The position numbers were made by a program, and so were the translations under genes. Below, piece by piece: positions 14,414 through 26,854 of a stretch of 64,000 nucleotides of DNA. The DNA is taken from the NCBI RefSeq assembly GCF_006345805.1, contig NC_043020.1, forward strand, positions 2,170,001 through 2,234,000. Reading direction: 5' to 3'. The notes under the pieces were generated by a model that had not been told where the DNA came from, did not search any database, and saw only the letters and a program-made list of their open reading frames with translations. Each line of letters begins with the position of its first letter. Position 1 is the stretch's first letter. The stretch comes from Octopus sinensis. Taxonomy: Eukaryota.

Positions 14414-14893
14414 GAATACAATAAAAATGGTAAATAGAAAATTATTTACCATTTTTATTGTATTACCATGTGGATTCCTCATTCCATTACGATTACCCAG
14501 AAGGCGCGCATGGCAGAATTTTGGAGGGAAAATTTACGTTCCCAGTCGTTACTTGGTTTTAACATCTGCGCACTTCCCCCCACTATCTGATGTCGCTGGG
14601 TCAGAAGTGAGGGCTGGTGGCATTTGATAAAGCTATCGAATATAGCGCTGATGACGGAATTCAAACTCCCCTTTTTTTATATGTTTGTGATCCAGAAACA
14701 CGGTGTTCGCTATTAACGGTAAGTGACTGAATTCGTATATTTGCCACTCCGATTTTGTGTATGTGAGCCGCAAGGGCCTTCGTTTTTGGAATCTCCACTT
14801 ATAGAAATGGAAAAAACGGTCTTTGACTGCCATTTCTAATTCCTTCGGTATGAGGCGAAACAGCTTGCTGCTAGCCAACTTATTTTTCTTTAC
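14411..14893 (+). mobile_element. Short non-coding PLE/retrozyme-like insertion in (TA)n, with a 5' fold-back and a hammerhead ribozyme
   Basis: Unique ~480-bp segment between (TA)n runs. It has a perfect 22-bp inverted repeat at 14415-14436/14443-14464 and an internal hammerhead. Confidence 0.65.
14642..14713 (+). ncRNA. Type I hammerhead ribozyme
   Basis: Stem I is ATAGCG/CGCTAT. The core CTGATGA is at 14648-14654. Stem II is GGAATTCAAAC/GTTTGTGATCC, with two mismatches and a C-A closing mismatch. GAAA is at 14695-14698, followed by stem III CAC-G-GTG and predicted GUU cleavage after 14707. Confidence 0.8.
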
Positions 14894-14948
14894 TATATAT
14901 ATATAATATATATATTAATATATATATATATATATATATAATATATAG

Positions 14949-14980
<32 letters not shown>

Positions 14981-15171
14981 TGTATATATGTATATTAAAG
15001 AGAGAGAGCGTAATAGATAAATACATAGATAGATAGACAGACAGATAGATACACATATAAATAATTGCATATATAAACATATATTTATAGATATGCATAT
15101 ATATATATGCATATACACACACACTACACAACACATCGCACATATATATATATACTTATATATAGATATAT

Positions 15172-15206
<35 letters not shown>

Positions 15207-15222
15207 TGCATGTATATATATA

Positions 15223-15285
<63 letters not shown>

Positions 15286-15973
15286 ATATATATTATATAT
15301 ATATATACATGCATATATATGTATATACATATATATATACATGCACACACACTCACACACGCATGCATCTGTCCCATACTTGTTTTTTTCTTCTTCTCTT
15401 TGATCTTTCACCGATAAATCCTCCTTGTTTGATAACTTTAGCCGACGGCTGAAGAAAAACTCAATTCCAATATCTTATACGAATAGCCTTTCTTTATAGA
15501 AGAAATATTGCGTCGCCGCTTACACACTGTTGTTGTTCGCAGGCAATCGCTAAACGCTTACACTCGCTTTATGGATGATATCTGTATAAACATTATTTTT
15601 GTTTATCGGTTTATTCATCTATAAATAAAGCTCGTCTGTTTGATTGTAACCCGGTGCGCTTCTGTTAGGTAGATATGAATACAAACCTTCATATATATAT
15701 ATATATATATATAAATGTTTGTAATATATATATATATATATATAACAACATACACACAAAAATATATAGATAAATACGTATATATATTTATCTTTATATA
15801 TACATATATATATACAAACATTTATATATATATATAGCCCAAGCAGTTCTACTTCATTGCACACGCGCATTTATTAGAAAGATATGCGTATGTTCGTGTT
15901 ATCAGTTTAAGATTCTCTGCACGTATTTCTGCTATATCATTCCTTTACGCACACACACACACCATACACACTC

Positions 15974-16005
<32 letters not shown>

Positions 16006-16092
16006 TATAATCACTTTCTCTCATTTCATCTCTGTCCTATCTCTTTCTCTCCCTCCTCTCTCTCTCTCTCTCTCTCTATCTATATATATATA

Positions 16093-16123
<31 letters not shown>

Positions 16124-16419
16124 TATACACATATATATATACATATATATATAGATACACACACACACACATATCCTCACCCCAAGTAGATATATCTGTG
16201 CGTCTGTATGTAAGAGAGAGTGTGCATGTGTGTGTATGTTTGTATGCCTGTACCTGCAGGCATGCATAGAAACATTTAAAGACGCATATACGCAAGTATA
16301 CTCTCAACGAAGTTTCTGCAGAGTTAAGAATTGCTTTTCTTTGCATTTTTGACTTTTCAGTTCCTTAGACTTTCTTCCGATTCTCCTGGCGGTGGTGCAG
16401 CTAATATCAGTGGTGCCTT

Positions 16420-17200
16420 TTTAGGGTGGCGAGTTGGCCAAATCCTTAGTACGCCGAGCAAAATACGGCATTTTGGAGATCAAATTCGGCCGAAGTCGAC
16501 TTTTGCCATACATCCTATCGGAGTCGATAAAATAAGTAGCAGTTGAACACTGAGAGCGATTTAATCGGCTTGCCCCCTCCTCCGAAACGTTTGGCCTTGT
16601 ACCAAAATTTGAAATCAATATTTGAAATCATTAAAATCAATATTATTGAAACCTAAGGCGGCGAGCTGGCAGAAACGTTAGCACGCCGGGCGAAATGCTT
16701 AGCGGTATTTCGTCTGCCGTTACGTTCTGAGTTCGACTTTGCCCTTCATCCTTTCGGGATCGATTAAATAAATACCAGTTACGCACTGGGGTCGATGTAA
16801 TCGACTTAATCCCTTTATCTGTCCTTGTTTGTCCTCTCTGTGTTTAGTCCCTTGTAGGTAGTAAAGAAATAGGTATTTCATCAGTCTTTATGTTCTGAGT
16901 TCAAATTCCACCGAGGTTGACGCTGTCTTTCATCCTTTCGGGGTCGATAAATTAAGTACCAGTTGCATACTGGGGTCGGTCTAATCGACTGGCCCTCCCT
17001 CCCACCAAATTTCAGGCCTTTTGCGTATAGTAGAAAAGAATCGTTCCCGCGACGAACAAAATGCTTGATAGCATTTCATCCGTCTTCGTGTTCTGAGTTC
17101 AAATTCCGCCGAGGTCGACTTTACCTTTTATCTTTTCGGTGTCGAAAACCTAACCTCTTCCTGCAAAATTCCTGGCCTTGTGCCAAAATATGAAAACCAT
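16420..17200 (+). mobile_element. SINE family B multimer (about four partial or complete units)
   Basis: Repeated heads and TCATCCTTTCGGGGTCGATAAA cores with two alternative tails. Confidence 0.9.
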
Positions 17201-17294
17201 AATAGTGGTGCCGTCTTTATTGTTGATGTTGACATAGTAGTCGTGATGTGGGTGAAGATTGTTGCTCGTGACACTGATGTAACGTTGCTTGCTA

Positions 17295-17316
17295 CAGTGA
17301 TGACGATGGTGAGGAC

Positions 17317-17365
<49 letters not shown>

Positions 17366-17501
17366 GTGACGGTGATGGTGATGATGATGGTGGTGGCGGC
17401 GGTGGTGGTGGTGGTGGTGGTTGTGGCGGTGGTGGTTTCAGTTATGTTTCGGTTACAGTGATACTGTTGCTGTTGGAGACGATGGAGGCTACTATTACTC
17501 T

Positions 17502-17537
<36 letters not shown>

Positions 17538-17630
17538 CAGTAGTAGTAGCAGCAGCAGCAGCATCAGTAGTGTGGTGGTGGTGGTGGTGGTGGTAGTAGC
17601 AGTGGTAGATACCGTGACGATGGTGATGGT
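17295..17630. repeat. Compound trinucleotide microsatellite (GAT/GGT/AGT/AGC)n
   Basis: Directly visible. Confidence 0.92.
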
Positions 17631-20315
17631 ATTTATTGAAGATGATGGGAGGCCTTTCTAACCTAGATTACAAAAAACAATAACGGCCGGAAACCTTAGC
17701 TTTGAGACGGTAGGAATTCTTGGAGATAGGAAAGCGCGTGACAGAGGCGGTGGCGGTAGCGTTGGCGGCGGTGGCGGTGGCGGTGATGGTGGCGGTGACG
17801 GTGGTGGTGGTGGTGGGGTGGTTATTGTGATGGTGGGATGCAGTGTGGTGGGGGTTCACGGTGGTTGTGGTGATAGTGGTTATTTTGATGGGGCGATGGA
17901 GTGAAGTAGAGGTGATGGTGAGGTTTCTAGTGTCGGTGGTAATGCTGGTGATGGTAGTGGTTGTGGTGGTTGTCGCGGTGGCGGTGTTAGTGGTGGTTAT
18001 AATGGTGTTAATGGCCTGAGGGAGATTATCATGTTAAGCTTCTTGAAGTAAAATGGAGAAAGTTTTACTTATATTTCCAGATTTTTTTTAGTGTTGGTGT
18101 AGAAAGTTCTTTAAGCGCGACGATTTAATCTGTAAAGTCTGGAAATTAAGGAAATGTTGATAAAGAAATAGGGCGGAGAATTGTAGAATCTTTAGAACTT
18201 AGATAAAAAAAAATGTTCCATGAGGTGTCTGGTTACAGTATCTTTTGTTCTGAGTTTAAGTTCTGCCGAAATCTCCTTTGTTTTCCGTCCGTCTGGAATT
18301 GATAAAATAAATTACAGTCAAGTAGTTGAGTCGATTTAGAGCCCAGCTAAGCGGAATGCCTGCTGCAGCGAGTGTCGCTGGCCATTCTCTACAGCGACAC
18401 CATCAAGAATTTGGACCTGGAGATCTCCATTTCCAGCGACTTCGAGGGCCACCTCCCAGTGGTGTCAGGCGTCAACGAAGAACCCTCGACTACAACAAGA
18501 CGACCAAATTTTCTAAGGTCTGGGATCTCCCGCCCCTAATCCCTAGACTATCACCTAATCACCCTTACCCGTCTTGTTGCTTAACAACAACAACAACAAC
18601 AACAGCAACACCATCACGATCATGTCTGCAAGGCGTAGTTGAATACACCACTCATTTTTTTTTGGGGGGGTGCACCCTACTCCCCGATTTTCTGCTGCTT
18701 AATCGTTCACCTATTTTGCCCTCCTTTTTCTTTATTTCTTTGTAATTAAATTCTGATTTAATCTTCCTGTAAGTAAAACCAATTCTTTAATTGATTGTAA
18801 GCTTCCCACAAAATTTTGTGGAGTTGTGATTATGTTTGAAAACAATGTTTTGTCTTCAGCAGACTAAAAACACCGTGTAACACGATTTCTGTCCTTGGGG
18901 AGCAAATGTTATTTCCTATTTGTGTGCCCCTAGAAAGTATTATAGCTCGTGTTTATTTTTACATGAAAAAGTTCGATAGTGACTTAAAAGTTTCGGCTTG
19001 CTCGCCTTTTTCAGGTTGTATTTTACTCTGTTTTGTTTTTCGTTTTCATATAATTTTCATTTTCATATAATCTTCCATAAATATGGAAGAAATGCCGCTA
19101 AGCATTTTGCCCGGCTTGGTAACGATGTTGAGAGCTCGCCGCCTTATGTAAGATCATAAGAGATGGCAGTCTATTGGTTGAAGTATCCCCCTTCTTGTCT
19201 GAAGCCTTCAGATCGTAACACTGCAACACTGAATTGTAAACTATGACTGGGCGATTAAGCTCTCTTAATATTCCCTTTTGCACTGTAAACTGAAGAGCCT
19301 AATGACACGGGCTCCTACCGGACCGCGAATCGAACGCACGACTTTATGGTCGAAAGTTTATTTACATTGTCAATCGGTGACTCGCCTTCTCACGAGTAAA
19401 ATTTCATGCCACCGCAATCTGCATGCGAGAACTGTTACAGCTCGGTTTAGTGGTATATTTATATGTCTGCGCATGTGGTCCGCTGTTTGTGACTGTTGAC
19501 TGGCCGTTATTTTAGTTCATCATCATTGATTACTTTTGGTGGTCAAGTGGTTATTTTGCTCGAATCTGTTGATCGGGCCGCGGGTTTGCATTTTCTTTTA
19601 ATAATTTTATTGGGTTATATATTTACTGAACTTAAAATTAGCCATTTAATTAAAACTGATTTTTGGTAAGGTTTATTTTGTTGATTAGAAGACATGGCGT
19701 GTATTGCATTACGTTTACAAATATTAATCTCATGCTAGAATGATCTATGTGCGGTATTTGCTTTGATATTGGAAGAGTTTTTCTTTTTCCTTTTAAATTG
19801 ATCTGTTAAACTAATTAAAGTCATAAGGAGGTTAGGAGTTCCTCATTGAGTAAGTTTAAAGTTGCTTTAACGAACTTGTTTTTAATTTTGCTTTGGTCAA
19901 GAGTGAAGAGGATAAAGGTTTTTTTATGGGGTGATAATCGTCTGGTTTATTAGCTGTGTTAAGCTAAAGGTTTTAATTGTTTATTTTATTAGAGAATCTA
20001 GGAACGTATTATTTTAATTAAAAACCTTTAAAAGTGTTTCTTTATGTCTACATGGTGTTTTGGTTGAGGCTTGTTGATATGTTGCTTATTGATGATAACG
20101 ATTCTACCAGGCCACTGCCTTATAATACCAACATATATTGGTTTCAAAATTTTGGCACAAGGCCAGCAACTTCGGGTGGGGAGATAAGTCGTTTACGTCC
20201 ATCCCCAGTTCACAACTGGAACTGATTTTATCGACTCCGATTGGACGAAATGTAAAGTCAGCGTCGGTAGAATTTGGACTCAGAAAATAGACAAACGAAA
20301 AAGACGGAAATCATT

Positions 20316-20389
20316 TGGCCAGTATAGGGATGGAACCCATAACATTCGTGTTGTTAATACGACGCTCTAACCAACTGAGCTAACAGGCC
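20316..20389 (-). pseudogene. tRNA-Ile(AAT)-derived gene or pseudogene whose anticodon now reads AAC
   Basis: Minus strand GGCCTGTTAGCTCAGTTGGTTAGAGCGTCGTATTAACAACACGAATGTTATGGGTTCCATCCCTATACTGGCCA (74 nt) is a eukaryotic Ile-AAT body. It has a T-T acceptor-stem mismatch, an A-C anticodon-stem mismatch, and a B box GTTCCAT instead of GTTCGAT. Confidence 0.85.
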
Positions 20390-21041
20390 ACACTACGATA
20401 CTAACATATAATATCAGTATATACACAATACCAAGACACAATGCTGAAATTCAATACCAATTTTTGCCAATTTAACGATGCCATTACATTATAGCATTTC
20501 TATAAAACCAATTGTTTTATATCAAAAGTAATTGACATTACAGAAGAACAAAAAACAAAACGATTTTTTTAATTCTTTCTGAAATTTCGGTAAAAGACAA
20601 TTCTCTTCTTTTGTTTTATTTTGGTATTATTTTGTCTTTACTAATGTTGTTGTTATTGTTGTTGTTGTTGTGGCTGCTTTTGTGAAAGATTCTAACGAAT
20701 CGCTGGAATTAGTTCGCAACTTTACCGGAATCAATAAGTCTTTTACAGCTTCCTTGTTTGTTTTTGTAATCATCTTATGTTGTTTTTGCATGTTTTTTGT
20801 TTTTGTTTTTCATTCCTAGTATTTGTCTTCCATTTTACACTTGTCCTGATGTAATTCCTTCAACGAAGATACGTGTCTGTAGTATCTGAGTATTTGTGTC
20901 AATGTACACACACACACACACACAACACACACACACACACATACATACATACAAACATACATACATACATACATACAGACATACATACAACATACATACA
21001 TACAAACATACATACATACATACATACAGACATACATACAG

Positions 21042-21073
<32 letters not shown>

Positions 21074-21076
21074 GTT

Positions 21077-21107
<31 letters not shown>

Positions 21108-21409
21108 GCATGTATGTAAGGCAGCGACCTGGCAAAACCATTTGTACGTCGGGCAAAAGATGCTTAGCGGCATTTCTTCCTACACTTTACGTTCGGAGCA
21201 AACAAACCAACACCGGTCGTCAAACAAGGGGTAACAAGCAAACACCCCCCACACACACACACACACGTACACACACACATACATACACACACACACACAC
21301 ATACACACACACACACGAATGCGAGGGCAAGCGAAAGAAAGTGGCACTCTACAATTCCATGCGACTTAATCTTTAATAGGATCACTCAAGGAACTCCAAA
21401 CACTAGCTT

Positions 21410-22060
21410 AATAATGGTTGCCAAACTAGGCAAAAGGCCAGTTATTTTGAGGAGACGAGACTATTTTATTCACTGTGGAGTGATGAAAGGCAAAGAAGAT
21501 GTTGGTGGGACTTAAACTCTGAATGTAAAGTGCCGGAACTACAACCGCGAAGCATTTCTTCCGATGTTCTAAGGATTCTTTTAAGTTGCGCCTTCACGCC
21601 TACATAATAATGGCTTCAAATTCTAGCACTAGCTCAGCGGTTTGGAGGTAGCAGCTAAGTCGATTAAATCGACCTTAGTGTTCAACTGGTACTTATTTTA
21701 TCTACCCAGAAAGGATGAAGGGCAAAGAATATGAACTCAGAACGTGCAGGACAGGTGAAATGCCTATTTCTTTACTACCCACAAGGGGCCAAACACAGAG
21801 GGGACAAACAAGGACAGACAAGCGGATTAAGTCGATTATATCGACCCCAGTGCGTAACTAGTACTTAATTTATCGACCCCGAAGGGATGAAAGGCAAAGT
21901 CGACCTCGGCGGAATTTGAACTCAGAACATAACGACAGACGAAATACTGCTTGGCATTTCGCCCGGCGTGCTAACGTTTCTGCCAGCTCGCCGACGGGCG
22001 AAATACCAAAAAGCATTTTACCCGGCGTACTGAGGATTCCGCCTGCTCGAGGCTTTGCAC
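21410..22060 (-). mobile_element. Nested SINE family B cluster (young copy at about 21765-21992 inside older copies)
   Basis: Reverse complement of the family B consensus, repeated about three times. Confidence 0.88.
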
Positions 22061-22688
22061 CTACTTAATTTTTTTTGTTTTAAATAATGGAAATTTAGGC
22101 AGTATATTTCAACAGAAATATGTTAGTAAAGGGTTAAGTATGAAGATATAAGCGATATGAAAATGTAAGTGATGGCAAATATATGCCATCTGTTTCGCCA
22201 TCAATTGCTTAACGTACGGAAACGTGTAAGTTTTCAGTAAAGACGCGAGGAATGTCAACTTCGAATAAATATTGACAATCATGATGACAGTCGCGACTGC
22301 GATGACGACAATCACAACGACGATATTGATTATGATGATGATAATGATGGTGGTGGTGGTGTGGTGGTATGGTGGTGGCAGTGGTGATAATGATGAAGCC
22401 GAAGGCGACGGAGACGGTAAAGCACGTAATGATGACAGACGTGCAAATCTTACAAAGTACGCGACAAATTATATATATATATATATATACATATATTAAT
22501 TTTCTTTATTACTTTTACACAAACACATTTACACACATTCGCACACTCACACACACACACAAACAGATATTTAAACACACGTATTCACAAAGATACACAT
22601 ACACACGTATGGGACGTCCATCAACGACGTGCAACAGAAACTAATAAAAAAATGCAAAACGAACGAAACGAGCAAGCATACTAATGCC

Positions 22689-22689
<1 letters not shown>

Positions 22690-22741
<52 letters not shown>

Positions 22742-22755
22742 AAATAATAAGGATG

Positions 22756-22840
<85 letters not shown>

Positions 22841-22850
22841 TAATAATCAT
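22690..22850. repeat. (AAT)n microsatellite
   Basis: Directly visible. Confidence 0.97.
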
Positions 22851-23410
22851 TGAAATAAAGTACATAAAGGTAGAAATAAATATAATTTAAATAAATATAT
22901 TGAAAATGGAAACAAAAGTAGACAAAAGTGAAAAGGAAAGTGAAAGCAAAACCAAAAATAGTTTTAATCTGTAGAGTTTCCGTCTCATTAACTGTGATTG
23001 AATTTAGTTCAATGGCGTCTTTTTATCTCTCGTTTCTTCTTGTGTTTTTGCCATATTGCTTCTCACGCTTTCTTCTTTGTCATATCGCTCCTTTCTTGCA
23101 CACACACACACACATTGATACACATATGTATAAATATAAATATGTATATATATATACATATATATATAGATATGGGAGGGATGAATGGATGAATGTGTAT
23201 CTATCTTGGTTTGTTATATATTAATATATTTATATATCTCTCAATATGAAATTTAAATAAATATATCATTCTTTTCAGCATGTTATATGTGTATGTGTGT
23301 TACACATATGTGTATACATGCATATGTGCGTATGTACTTTAAGTAAATGAATATATAAAAATATATATGTACATAATATGTAAGATATATATATATATAC
23401 ATGATATATA

Positions 23411-23444
<34 letters not shown>

Positions 23445-23703
23445 AGAGATATACACATGCATATACATGTGTATATGCGTGTACATGTGCACGTAGGAAC
23501 CATGACTGACAATATGTAACCATCCTCCCGTCTTCCTCCTTAGCTCCCACTTTCCTCATTGTATTATATATATATGTATGTATGTATATATATATATATG
23601 TATGTATGTATATATTTACATATATATATACATGACATGCATATAAGTATATATATATATGTATGTATGTATATAATATATATATATATATATTATATAT
23701 ATA

Positions 23704-23766
<63 letters not shown>

Positions 23767-24094
23767 TATGTATGTATGTATGTATGTAGGTGTGCGTCTG
23801 CGTTGCTCATGTAAGTCTTGTGTCTCTCGTCTTCCTTCCACACCAGTCTGTAATCAATGCTAAGCTTGTCTTACTTCACAGCTTCTGCAACGCCAACTGC
23901 GTTCTCTATGCAAAGTCGTATCGTGTCCTAAATATCAGAGACACGTGCCACAAGCTAATAAAGGAAATGCATTTTAGCCAGAAGACTTTTACCAGATAAT
24001 AGATAAACGCAGACAGTGAATATGGCTGCTTCTTTCACAATGATTTATAAAGAATGTGTTTATTTCTTTTGTCTTTCTATGCTTGTTTTTGTGC

Positions 24095-24192
<98 letters not shown>

Positions 24193-24409
24193 AGGGAAGG
24201 GAGCTTGTGCGCTCTGCTCTCCTTAAATTCTTCTAATCAGTAGGGGAATTGGTAAAAAAACAAATATCATGACCATGATCCTAGCGTATCTTCTGCTTTC
24301 ATTGAACGATTTGCAGCTTCTACTGAGTAACTTGTCGACCCTAAGACCCTAATAATTGCCTCAAATTTTCTACTAGTGCGGGACACACACACATATACAC
24401 ACACACACA

Positions 24410-24448
<39 letters not shown>

Positions 24449-24478
24449 AAAACTCTCTTTCTCTCTCTCTCACTCTCT

Positions 24479-24513
<35 letters not shown>

Positions 24514-24868
24514 ATAAAACGGTAAGATAACAAAAGAAAGAAAGAGACCTCAATATTATGTAAATAGAGGAAATTTATCTATACAATATGTTACATTACT
24601 CGGTAGTCAAGATAAAACTCTGAGTTTCAGATGCCGAAGTGGAAATCCACAACACCATCTCTTCGGTTATCTGGCTATTGAAAACGTTATGAAAAAATAC
24701 CGTTAAAAATGAAGGGAAATTACTCTGTTATAACTCTGCTTTGCCTGCGTACTTATACATCGCTCGCATTTTTCGTCATAAAAATTATATAAAAATACAT
24801 AAAAAATATATAAAAATATATAAAATCTCTTGGGACATAACACAGAAAGCATGTTCTATCCGTTTTCT

Positions 24869-25294
24869 TTAGGGGACCAAAAAACGTAACAGAAATTTAG
24901 TCACATGTGGGCATGATCCGAAAAGCTCTGTCCTTGTATTTAGACATGTGGTAGGGTCTAAGCTGCTTTTCCAGATAAGCCATCTCTCCATGTCGCATAA
25001 ACCGCACCTTCCGCTGCCGTTAGTGTAGGGCTTACATCTGGCCAAAATCTTCCATTGTATGTTATAATCGACACCTTTATCTCTTAAAGACCAAATATGA
25101 TTGGATAATTGTGTCGCTTTTCTTTTGTTCCAGTGCCTAAAGCTCAAAGTGTGGTTATTGAACCTGGCCTTGAAATTACCCTCTGTCAGGCCCACGTATT
25201 TCTTCGTCGAAACGGTGTCTTTAGTGGTTATAGAGTTTACGGTAGCTTCATATATGATGGTCTTGGACATGCAAGCTCCATTTAGCGGGCACAA
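24869..25294 (-). pseudogene. PLE GIY-YIG endonuclease domain; the upstream frame has a stop codon and a frameshift
   Basis: CPLNGAC...IIYEATV...YVGLTEGNFKARFNNH...LSNHIW...C.LC..E...LNTRTE..C.H. Confidence 0.9.
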
Positions 25295-25881
25295 TTCTTT
25301 ATTCCTGCATGAACAGCTGTTTTCTTCTTGTGTTTTTTGTATGGTATGATTGATTATGTTTTTAAAATTGGTAGTTAAAACTAAGACTAATTTTTAAATT
25401 GTGTCTATGAAGAGTTTCCTATAAGCATGGTTAACTGGAAAATGTCTATCTATCAGTGCTAGGAAATATTTACCTATATTGAAGGCCACCTCGGGTGAGT
25501 AAGGGGTCGTAAACCAGATGACCTTCCTATTTCTATTATTCCTTTTCCTACTGTTGGGCTGGTAATAGGTGTATATTTATTTTTTCGCTAAAACCACTAT
25601 CTTTTAAAGCTTTATTATAAACTGGGGCAACGCTATTGAAGATGTCCTCATTAGATGAGAGGCTAGAAGTCCTCTTACTAATATTTTAAACTAAATTTTT
25701 GAATACTATAGGGGGATGGCATGAACCTACATTAATATAACTTAGTCTATCATTGGGCTTCCTATAAGGCTTATAAATATTATTATTAAGATCTAAGGAA
25801 ACGTCTAAGAAATTGACATTGAAATTATAACAGAGTAATTTCCCTTCATTTTTAACGGTATTTTTTCATAACGTTTTCAAA

Positions 25882-25955
25882 TAGCCAGATAACCGAAGAG
25901 ATGGTGTTGTGGATTTCCACTTCGGCATCTGAAACTCAGAGTTTTATCTTGACTA
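25882..25955 (+). ncRNA. Hammerhead-like motif in the pLTR (sense-strand copy on the minus strand at about 24604-24677)
   Basis: TAGCCAGATAA-CCGAAGA-GATG...GTGGA-TT-TCCAC...CATC-T-GAAA-CTCAGAG-TT-TTATCTTGACTA. U4 is replaced by C and there is one extra nucleotide before GAAA. Confidence 0.65.
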
Positions 25956-25982
25956 CCGAGTAATGTAACATATTGTATATAT

Positions 25983-26022
<40 letters not shown>

Positions 26023-26027
<5 letters not shown>

Positions 26028-26830
26028 GGTGACCCAAAAGTAGGTTTACAGTTATCACGTAGGCACTTTAAATTTCTTTTAAAACATGTTATTATATTTA
26101 AATCTATATCTTACAATCATATTGTATGTGCACATCTCTGCACATGAAATGGACAATGTTTAATCTCTCGGATGCTCGAAATGTCCTCCTTCAACATTGC
26201 GAAATTCTTCAAACCTCTTCAGAACACTCTGACACTCAGTGCGGCCCAAATTCCGATCTCCATCAATTTCATTGAATGAGTCAGAGATGTAATCTTTTAA
26301 TTCATTTGTTGTTTTGAGATTTTTCTCATAGACCTTGTTCTTTATAACACCCTCAAAAAAGAAATCCATTGGTATCAGATCAGGTGAACGTGGTGGCCAT
26401 TCCATCCTACCCCATCTTCTGAACCAACGCTGTGGAAAGGCTTGGTTAAGGAAGTCTCTGGGTCGTTTTCCAAAAGACCATGTACCAGTCGTGAACGGAA
26501 AGGTTTTAAATTCAGCTTATGCATTAGGCGCTGCAATGATGTTCTTGTATAGATAGTTCTAGAGAAGCACGTCGTGTGGAATTCTTTGGATTGTTCACAA
26601 ATGTCATAGCCATTAACATCTCATTTTTTTCAGTCAAAGAAGTCTGGTATCAAATTTATTCCTTATGCGATAAATTATCTGGCGTGAAGGTGGAGCGAGT
26701 GTGAAAGGCCTCTTGCCATGCTGTGTGCACTTGCTCGGCATTTTCAGACTTCCAGTACGGTTTTTAGTATCCACTTTCTTTGCTCTTGATTTAAATTGTT
26801 TGCCATTGCTCACACTTAACAGTACCTGTA
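26023..26830 (-). mobile_element. Tc1/mariner-superfamily remnant (DDxD type, rosa/maT-like), internally deleted
   Basis: TACAGGGTG terminus next to (TA)n; peptide EWPPRSPDLIPMDFF..GVIKNKVY...GGHFE. Confidence 0.85.
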
Positions 26831-26854
26831 AAAAAGAAAAAAAGAAAGAATTAC

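Larger units (their letters stand above)
24511..25979 (-). mobile_element. 5'-truncated Penelope-like element: RT thumb, GIY-YIG endonuclease, 3' pLTR and inverted 5' pLTR, inserted in (TA)n
   Basis: The minus strand encodes NVNFLDVSLDL...YKPYRKPND...SCHPP...VIWF, then the GIY-YIG domain. 24580-24733 and 25825-25979 form a near-perfect inverted repeat. (TA)n lies on both sides. Confidence 0.93.

Noticed and set aside
14633-14878. 81-aa minus-strand ORF and a GTAAGT donor at 14719 suggesting an exon
   Set aside because: No recognisable protein; the segment is better explained as a hammerhead-bearing insert in (TA)n.
19400-20030. Possible additional decayed PLE body (a minus-strand FLD-like motif)
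   Set aside because: Only one or two short motifs are visible, which is insufficient without a profile search.
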